NCBI GenBank assembly: GCA_904063045.1
Contig: CAJFCJ010000015.1
Span: 1 to 64,000, forward strand
Length of the DNA stretch: 64,000 nucleotides
Direction: 5' to 3'
Source of the DNA: Dimorphilus gyrociliatus
Lineage: Eukaryota; Animalia; Annelida
A model generated the notes under the pieces. It worked only from the letters and a program-made list of their open reading frames with translations, did not search any database and was not told the origin of the DNA. The stretch's first letter is position 1. Every line of letters begins with the position of its first letter. The translations under genes and the position numbers were made by a program. Shown in pieces: positions 54,815 to 64,000 of the stretch.

Positions 54815-56150
54815 TCTTGTTGTTCTTCTTCTTCTTTCTCTGCCTTTCCTTTTTTATCCTTTTTTTTTTAATTTTTATACTTTTAGTTGACTTCTTTTAG
54901 TTCTGAAATGATTAGAAATATATCATTTAGACGTATAGATATCAATATGAACTATAATATATAGTTTTAAACGTATTAAACACTTCACTAAATCTAAATA
55001 AAATGTTTATTATACTTATTTCTCTGTCGTTTATATTGGTTTGTATTTCGGAAATCTATCATATAAATCGTAGCTGATGCGAATTTCTAACACCTACTGC
55101 TAATAATAAAAGAATATACGCCACTAGACTCTTTTTTGAACAATCTACACTTGCACCAAGGCCAATTCGACTAGCTGTTTTACGTGTTTAATAAAAATTA
55201 AACAAAAAAATAATTCAGGCCTATTTTAAAATCTAGTTATAAAGTAAATAGACTTACGTTAGCTTTACGCCTACATCTCGTTAGGTCTACGTCAGGTTCA
55301 AAAAAAATCAGTGTAAGAAGGAATCTTTAAGCTGAATTTGTCACACAGAGAATGAACAGCTATTTGTGTGTGATGAACTTTTGAACCTTCCAGGTGAGGG
55401 CGCTGCCGTTGCAACTAAACTATATAGTTTCTTTGTCTCGCGAAGAGTTATAGCGATATATTTTCTTGGCAAAGTTTTCGATGTGTTTACATAGGCCTTT
55501 GAGAAGGAATATAAATAGACTTTAAAGTTTTCGACGTTTTCAATCTAGACTTTAAGGTTGTAAAAATCAGTACTAATCAAAAGAGGAATAGACGGATCGT
55601 AAATCCTAAAAAATACAACTTTTCCCGCCATTTTTTAAACTATACAATAAATTGATTATGTACATCTTATAGAGAAAAGTTTACTTTTAAAGTTTAGGTT
55701 ATGTCTTTTTTCGTTCTTAAAAAAATTAATTTATTAACAATTTTGTTAAGTTTTCTTTTCTATTAAAAGCAAAAAGATAAAGAGAGAGAGAGAGAGAGAG
55801 GAAAGAAGAAAAGAAACAGACAAGAGAATAGTTTCAATAGTTGAAAATATAATTAGTAATTGAAGCCTAATTTTCACTCTTAAGTCTATATAATATAAGG
55901 ATATTTAATGTTGTATATAATAAGAAGTATTTCTTTTTTTAACTTATTTGTTCTCGTTTAGAATAGACTATATATATATATATATATACAGTATATATAT
56001 ATACTTTTTATACTTAAAATATAGGAGTATTTTTCCAGGTATTTTTAATAATTCAATATGTTAATTAAACTTTGCATAGGTTTGAAGTTTGCTTAGTGTT
56101 ATATAGCAATAAAATTGTAGTAAGATAATGTTTTTTAAGGCTATATACAG

Positions 56151-56189
<39 letters not shown>

Positions 56190-57416
56190 AAATTATGATT
56201 AATACGCTATAAAAAAGAATAATAAGTATTGTATCTAATATATACATATATATATTTAAATATATATATATGTATATATATAAATTATCAATATGTTACA
56301 TAACATGCTTTTTTAAGCCTTTTGTTAGATTACAAGTTACAATTTAAATACCATTTAATAGATTATTTTTTTTTTATAAAAAAAAAATTGCTTTTCAATA
56401 GACTAAGCAGACGCCAGTAATTAAGTATTCTTTAAATTTAATTTGATGTTATTCTTCAAAAGTTCTTAACATAATACAGTATAATATTTAATAAAGAAAC
56501 CATTTAATGATAATAAATAAAAGTGATAGACAGAAGGAATAAAGAATCTTTTAATATAAGTTTTCTTTGTAAAAAAAATATATAATACCTTTAGTTGTAT
56601 TTTTCTTATTTTCAATTCTTTTCTCTTCTATCTCTTGTCTCTGTCTCTCTGCCTCTCTCTAGCTCTCTACCTTTCTCTCCAATAGTTTAGAGAATGAAAC
56701 TTGAAAGACTGGTTATCTTCAAAAATACTCGATATATAGAAAAATAAAATACTCAGGTGTCGCCACCAACAAAAAAATTAATAATGTAAAACTAATGGCC
56801 TATTGTTCTTTTTTTCGCACTGAGTAATAAATAAAGTCTATACTATATATCTTGTTTCACGCACTTTACAAGAATTTGGTGTGATCTATGAAAATTGTTG
56901 AAAAATATAATTAGACAAAGTGTAGTAGAATGTAAATTGAAACTTCTATTATCAACTTTGGCTACTATAAACTATATATTTTTATGTCTTCTCTTGTTTA
57001 TTCTATTCAAACATTTAGAGAAATAAAAATGAAAAGAAAGTAATGGTTAGTGTTAAATATATGATAGATGGATAAATAGTATTAGTTTTATCGTCTTTAA
57101 CAGTTTTAACGGTTACAAAGTACGTTTTCATGTATACTACATACAGTATACATATACTAATATTCTAAAAATGATTTAATAATTAGAAATATGGGCTATG
57201 AAAAAGTATTATTCCAAAAAAAAAGAAATCCTACGAATTGTAGGATCTCTCAATTGAACTCAATTCTTACCTATAGGACTTTATAATATCTGCTTGTATA
57301 GAGTATTTTACTGAGACGTTTATTCAAATTCAGCTATAAATGTTAATTAATTAAACAAGACAAGAACTGCCTGACCTTTTAAAGTGAACAATATAAAAGT
57401 AGCATGTTTATATTAA

Positions 57417-57800
57417 TTAGTTAACTGTTCCATAATTGGGTAAGTACACTTCATTTGGTATGATTGTTCTCGATAGTACCCACGATTCCCATAAGGTGTA
57501 AATAACTGTAGACGCCATAAGTATTGTTCCAATACTGGACACGACAAGACCGGACATAACGCAAATTTCCAATTTATGTTGTAAATTACTCATTGATATT
57601 TCAATACTTTCCATTTCTGTTGCAGGTAAATCAGAATTGAATTCGTAACTTGTTGGCCAAATTTGTCCTATAATCACTAGAGAAACACCAATGGCAGTTA
57701 AGATAAAAGAAAGTTTATTAGCATTTTCTTGAGCTTCCTCACTAATTCTAGTATTACAGCATATTTCTGGAGACACAGAATACAATGGTTCTTTATCCAT
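57417..57800 (-). CDS. TMEM74/neurensin-family two-TM protein
   Basis: TM1 SFILTAIGVSLVIIG, loop PATEMESIEISMSNLQHKLEICV, TM2 MSGLVVSSIGTILMA; resembles the TMEM74 pattern (EMERLE...HLDRCVIAGL) as I recall it. Confidence 0.62.
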   Translation of the reverse strand: MDKEPLYSVSPEICCNTRISEEAQENANKLSFILTAIGVSLVIIGQIWPTSYEFNSDLPATEMESIEISMSNLQHKLEICVMSGLVVSSIGTILMASTVIYTLWESWVLSRTIIPNEVYLPNYGTVN

Positions 57801-59129
57801 TCTATTCTATCTTCTACTTTGTATGATAGGAAAAAAACGGGTAGAAACCAATATTTATTCTTCTTCCCCTCAAGCCTATTCACCTATTTCCTAATGTTTC
57901 TGATTATAAGGACAAACAGTTACAAAGACTGTTCGCCATATGTTTCTATTGAGTACAGAAAGAAATATACATATATATAGTATATATAGGATTAATATAA
58001 ACTATACACATATATTTAATATAAGCTGAACATGCGCACACGAAGTGTTAATGTATATAGAATTTTTGAAAAAAATTTCAACAACTGACAGAGTAAAAGA
58101 TCGATTGATAAATCAATTATTTCTATTTTTAAGTACAAACTTTTCATCTACCTTATGTTTCTATTAAAAAATAAAGAAGGTATTTAACATATGTTACATG
58201 TTTTCGACGAACAGTGCAGGATGTTTATTATCAAATCTACAATATCGAATAGTTTTTGGCAATTTTAAGAAATTGTTCAGTAATACTAGATGAAGATAAT
58301 TAATAGTTGTCTCTATATGTACATATACAAATGGAAGTTGTATACAAAACACATTGCTTTATACAAGTATATAAGCTATATTACATAAATTTATACGTAC
58401 GTACGTACTGTTTACAGTACCTGAACTAAGTTAGAAAATAGACTAGACTATCATTTAATGAAATTGGAACTCTCTTTCACTATTTCCCTCCCTCCCCTTC
58501 TCCCTCCCTATATCTTTCTCTTCTCTTCTTTCATATCCTTATATTTCTGCTCTCAGGCAACTATACATTAAATTAACGTTTTAAAAATTTAAAACTTTTC
58601 TTTATGCTAATTAGTTAAGTTCAACGAATTAATTAATTTGCATATCAGTATAAGTTATGCTATACATACAGAATATATATACTGTATATTAAATATATAT
58701 TGTTACATTCATTATGCTAAATATCCTTACAAGTGAAGAGTGTATATAATGCCATCTATATTGTAAAATGAAAAATGGTATAAAACCCAAAGATAGACAA
58801 TGCCATCTATAGTTCGAAGAGAAATCGAACTTTTCCCGGAAAAGGAGGTTAGAAAGGGCTTTAAGGGATGAAGAGATAAAGTTATCGACCAGGGAACGCT
58901 TGTCGTAGAATATCGATCAGAAATAAAATTGGTTGGACGCCTTAATTTATAGGAAATTTCCCTTAGCCCTACATTTTCAACTATTGGCCGAATGAACAAT
59001 AATATTTATTTTTCAAGGTGAAGGCAGTCCCGTACAATTAAGAAAATAATAGTTGTCGTGTAAAAATAATGGAAAATTAGGGTTAATTGAAGACAGCTTC
59101 CGTTTTAATATAAACTTAAAAGTAATATT

Positions 59130-59813
59130 ATGTCAACTGAATTACTATTGATAGTTATTCTAGCTGTTCCCGCAACTTTTTTCGCAATACTATTCTGCTG
59201 TCTATTACTGTGGTATGTTAATCTTTATTATTGAACTGCGTCTGCGTGGATTATAAAATAATAAGTGATTTATTTTTTTCTTTTATCAATTTTCTGAACA
59301 GTTTCAAATATTGCGGTCAACCTGATCAAGGTTATAAAGAGGTCAGACAAATCAAACATAATGTTTTAATGGAATATATCATTTAATAAATCCTTAAACG
59401 GGACGTTATCTAACATTTCATACTGTTTTTTAGTTAACTTATCAAGACACCTCAAACAAATATCTAAACGATGTTGGTAACTTTTACAATTAATTACTTA
59501 AAAAAAGTACGATTTATTGAACATTATACATAAATTTCCAATTAAATTAAGGTGTGTTCGGTATGCTTAGAAGAATTTGCTCCAGGGATGAAAATTGCAG
59601 TTTGTAAATGCAGACATTCCTTTCATTCTTCGTAAGTTATTCGTTAGTTGGGGGCATAGAGAGAGAAAGCATGTTATAATATGTTCAATATATACTTTGT
59701 ATAATAGATGTCTACAAGAATGGTTGAAACTAGAAAATTCTTGTCCATTGTGCAAGTGTCAAGTTTTAAAAAAGAGCGAAGTAACTCCCCTACTTAATCT
59801 CAGTACGGTATAA
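59130..59813 (+). CDS. RNF24/RNF122-like TM RING-H2 E3 ligase
   Basis: Five short exons: TM (LLIVILAVPATFFAILFCCLLL), GYKE, VCSVCLEEF...CKCRHSFHS|CLQEWLKLENSCPLC. Confidence 0.88.
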
Positions 59814-60994
59814 AGATGAAAAATGACTGCCAAAAACTTAAACTTGATAAGTTTCTTTATTACTTGACTGAATTAAAAAGAATTTTGAACAGTAAGAGAA
59901 TATAACTTTAAATGTTTATACGGTATAATTGTATATATATACAATACGTGATTATATCTTTTATTTGATAGTCTTAATTGTTGACATATCTTTACCGTCC
60001 ATTGAAAAATTTTACAAGTGTTTTTATGTATCTATATATAATATATATTTATATATATAATTGTATATAATTTTTTGTTAATAACGAAATCACTCTAAAT
60101 GAAATAGCATATGTTACCTCTTACGTAAGCAGAGGCTTCGTCTAGACTGGGATAATTACGTACAATTGAGCTATAATAAAAACTGATATAAAAAATCGTA
60201 ATTTTTTGTAAATGCTGGTCTTTTTAAGAACATTCTGGAAAAGTCCCGTTTCTAGCTAAATTCTATCGACGCACATGATAATAAATGCATTACGTTGCTT
60301 AAACGATCAAGGACGTCGTGACCCAACCAATAACTGTTAAGCTTCAAGTTTTTTTTATCCATCTAGTGGTAGGAGTGAATGACCTTGGGGTAGGCACTAC
60401 TTTTTTTCACAGTTTTGTACTTGACCTATTGGAGTCTTATGGAATATTAATCGAATTTTTACTTTTAGCCTTTCACAAAGAAAGTTTTTCTTATAAAAAG
60501 GTTAAAATCGAAAGTTCTGCAAAATAATTAGATTTTTTATGTTTGTGATTCTACTTTCTCTCACTTTTCAACTCTCTTTTGACTGATAAACATAATTAAT
60601 GCGCCCCTAATCAAATAACGTTTCCGTAAAATATGTTATTTACTACTTGAGACAGATTCTAATATCAAGAGAGCTTGGTCAATTGTCCGATGAAAAAAGG
60701 TTATTAATTTCATTAGTCAAAATTGCCTTTCTCTGACTTCCATATTAAGACATGATCCATTTATACAAAGAATTATTATGCTAATAGATTCCTTTATCTA
60801 TTTTCTCCTTTTCGGTTTATTACATTTTCCCATTTTTAAAATGGCTTAAAGAGACAGAGTGTCCGTTTTAGGAGGAAAATCAGACTATAAATATCGGTTT
60901 AGAAAGTAAAATAATTAAGAACTCAATTCTTTTTTTTTAAAAGTAAAAAACAAAGGAAATGCCAACAGAAGAGACAATACAGTCTACTTTCTAA

Positions 60995-61168
60995 TTAATT
61001 GAGTAGCAAGTTTTCTTGCGTTTGTATATTCAGTACAGAGTCGGTAATATCGACGAGATCTTCGGCTATAACTTGATTATTAGCCGTTGTTGGAGAATCA
61101 TCTTCGCTATCCAAACTACACAACAGTAGATCATCATCGTAAGTAGAAAAGTAATATCTGTTTTAAGT

Positions 61169-61199
<31 letters not shown>

Positions 61200-62799
61200 T
61201 AAATTAGTTATATATATGTATTAGTCTTACTGGGGTTGATTCCACAAATTTTCATCTAGATTACTTTCTATCCATTTAAGGCAACTCTTAGAATGATTGT
61301 CAATTTCATTTTCAAAGTCTGTAGAATCCTTCAACTTGTTTAGGCAGAATGGACAAGTTTTCACCGTTATCTTCAATGGAAAGTGTGTTATTATTATTAT
61401 TTTGTTTTTTTTTTTTTTAAATATTCAATTAAACAACATTTGTAATTATTAAACATAATAATTAAAAGGAAACTTTACTTGTCTTCTTATATAGTTGACC
61501 AGTTTAACTCTTTCATAGAAATTTAAAATTGTCTTATCTTGATGACGAAACTTTGTTAATTTTATATTATGTTCATTCTAATGTGGGGCATAGAACATAT
61601 TTAAATACTATTTATAACTTTAATGTATAATTATTTACCTCCATATGATGTAATACTAAATTTCCATTAATTTGTTTAAAAGGGCAAATCAAGCATACAG
61701 CGTTAACATTGTTTTCGTAATCATCTTCTTTCCAGTCATCCCAATTTCTGTATTGAGTAGAGTATATTGGACAGTTGTTTATTTGTTATAAAAGAATATT
61801 GATAATGAATACTTACTCATCATGATCACTTTCTTCGCTTATATTATCATCACTTATGTTCTTAAGACTCTTCCAATTTTGATCAATTTCTAAATAATTA
61901 ATAATATAATATTTATCCCATTCAGTACTATTCGAATTAAGTCTTTTATGGTTTTTTTTCCTCATATGATCTTTTAGGCAATTGCGATCCTTGAATGTTC
62001 TATTACAATATAAACAATTTAAATTATCCAATTTCTTTTGTAGGGCCATAATCATCTCTCTTTTATATACTGTTGTATTGTTTATAAAGATTATTTAATG
62101 TAATAACTATAGAGTATGGATATATACCTATGTTTTGGGGAAGGCCAATATTTAAATGATGATATTTTGACATATGATTTAGTAAATCGGCTGGATTCGA
62201 ATTATGTAATTCATATTTACAAAACAAGCACATGTGGGAGAATGATTTATCTTTACTCTCCTCTTCTAAATGCTTTATTGCAGTTTTCTGTGTGGATTAA
62301 GCTATGTAGATGAATATCTCTATCTGTGTAAAGCTATAGGGCTACTCAAATATTCATGTATTTTACCAGATGTTGTGATTGAAGGGATAATCTCAGTTCT
62401 TTATCCAAGGGCATGTCCTCACTAAGTATGTAAGCTTGGGAGCTGTCAACCATAGTATCCAAATTGCATAACTTATCGATAGAGTTGATTTTTAATTGCT
62501 TTCTCCAAAAGATTAAATACCTATTTGGAGAATAATGTGTATAGAATTGAAAATAACAATTAATTAAGAAATAAGAAGTACTACCATGGTAAATAAGGTA
62601 TACGTTCATAATTAGTAATAATTATTCTATGCTTTTGTAGTAAGTGGGTCATATATTCTTGAACGAAGGGAATTCTACTTTTATATTCGCATAATAGACA
62701 ATTCAACTCATCGCATATTTCATTTAACGATTCGTTATCAACTTCTATAGATAATTTAAGGCTTTTTTTCAATGTTTTTTCCAAGTTTTCGGCGGACAT
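60995..62799 (-). CDS. ZNF277: Zinc finger protein 277
   Basis: CLLC...HLLQKHRIII, YLIFWRKQ, HMCLFC...HHLNIGLPQNI, LQKKLDNLNCLYCNRTFKDRNCLKDHMRKKNH, YYIINYLE, last exon YYFSTYDDDLLLCSL. Confidence 0.92.
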
Positions 62800-63771
62800 C
62801 TCGCCCAAATGTTGAATATCGACTTTCAAATAATCTGGTAGTTCTAGTTGTGTTTTACTGTAAAGTGTACAAGTCTACATGTGCCATCTATCGGTAAGAA
62901 TTTTTTGAGAACTATCTATTGATTTCATAGATGGCAACAGTCTTTTCTTAATCTCTTGATAGTCCATCTAGCGGGAACCTTGTAACTCAGACAGTAATTC
63001 ATAATTTTTTATACTATACGTTCAATAAATACTTTCAATGGCATTTACATTGAAAGGATAGCCGGTTTCTAAGTCTAGTCTACGATCTGCCCTCTTTTTT
63101 ATGCTATACAATTATATCCATTCTTATGACTGTCTGGGGTGAAAATCGTTATTAGAATATCTAAGAAGCATTTTTTAAAGTTCAATTTAACGCCAATATA
63201 TCAGTATAGTTGTAAGCATTAATTTGTAAAATTCTTTGAGAAGAATGACCGTCCTAAATACCCTCAAATCCTGGCGGGTAAATTATTCGTCTAGACAGCA
63301 AGTTACAAACGGTCTCAATCATTTCTCATTCAACGGAAATATACACGACAAACCGTCCGACGAATATATTACTATATTATGTTTATGAATGTAAACATTA
63401 GCGTTGATTGGCTGCTATAATTTTCAACGGCTCAAACCGCATGAGTCCTAGATATAGACGATAATTGTGCGCAGGAACATAGTTCGATCAAAAATTTAAA
63501 AGTTTCTTAACGAAATTTAAGTAACAGCCTTTACTTGTTAGAATTTTAAATTTAGATGTAAGCCTAAATATAAACAAAGATTATTTATTTGTTTTCAAAG
63601 AGACTTTGGAATTTGGAACAAATTCTAAAAGTAGTGGGCGAGTGGCGCAGTAATACGTCGGCGAGTGATCACGTGGTATCGAGTCTCAGTTGCTAAAACA
63701 GTTGTGTCAGTTTGTGTATTTTCTCTGTATTGGACGGATCTAATTCTTATCATTTAACGGATCGAAAGACT

Positions 63772-64000
63772 ATGTCAGTTAAGAACAGTGTAACTAAATT
63801 GATACCTAAGAAACTCAGAGACGCTTTTGTCTGTACGAGTCCTGAAAAAGAAAAAGGTAAGTTTTAAGCGCTTATTTAGGGAAAAAAAAGAACTTTCACT
63901 TTTTCGTCTATCAAATCTTTAACACTCGATCTCTTTTACTTGTAGTTCGAAGTGACCGAGCTAGAGATAAAGAAATGTTCGAAAGGACGTACGCCGTACA
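63772..64000 (+). CDS. 5' end of a gene running off the window; possibly a PIM-like Ser/Thr kinase
   Basis: Exon 63772-63856 (MSVKNSVTKLIPKKLRDAFVCTSPEKEK) |gtaag...cttgtag| exon from 63946 (VRSDRARDKEMFERTYAV). The end resembles the segment preceding the PIM kinase Gly-loop, but the loop itself is not visible. E-box CACGTG near 63669. Confidence 0.45.

Noticed and set aside
58748-58811. 13-bp direct repeat aatgccatctata with ~38-bp spacing, superficially CRISPR-like
   Set aside because: Only two copies, eukaryotic context, no cas genes; better explained as two copies of the ATAGATGGC motif.
60318-60527. GC-richer intergenic ORF between RNF24-like and ZNF277
   Set aside because: No ATG start, no consistent splice chain on either strand, no recognisable domain.
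62882-62936. 10-bp inverted repeat tgccatctat / atagatggca as a possible ncRNA hairpin or MITE
   Set aside because: No further stem and no target-site duplication; it is two opposed copies of the recurrent motif in a promoter region.

Overview
AT-rich, gene-dense eukaryotic DNA from an invertebrate animal. Most introns are GT-AG and ~55-90 nt. The species cannot be fixed from the sequence, but the gene set and architecture fit a compact-genome invertebrate. About 16 protein-coding genes were reconstructed by hand from splice sites and translation: 3' half of CASK/LIN-2 (+), PCYT1/CCT (-), MTMR14 (-), UGGT (+), RPGR-like (+), an orphan tetraspan protein (+), importin alpha-1 clade (-), SNW1 (-), TUBGCP6 (+), an unknown disordered coiled-coil protein (-), a divergent GALNT (+), a Ly6/uPAR-like type I membrane protein (-), a proline/PY-motif-rich protein (-), TMEM74/neurensin-like (-), RNF24/122-like (+), ZNF277 (-), plus the start of a possible PIM-like kinase (+). 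No tRNA, rRNA, CRISPR array or intact mobile element was seen. The most interesting signal is in the unusually long CASK guanylate-kinase introns. They contain a tandem-duplicated, probably mutually exclusive exon pair (7542-7622 / 7671-7772), a hidden 21-nt microexon (5977-5997), and GC-rich intronic islands (4638, 5396, 6221, 6835-6868, 7469) that are complementary to one another in a competing docking/selector pattern. Other long introns also hide candidate cassette or microexons (UGGT, RPGR). Two non-coding motifs recur: a TATACWGTATA palindrome and a CTCF-like ATAGATGGC.
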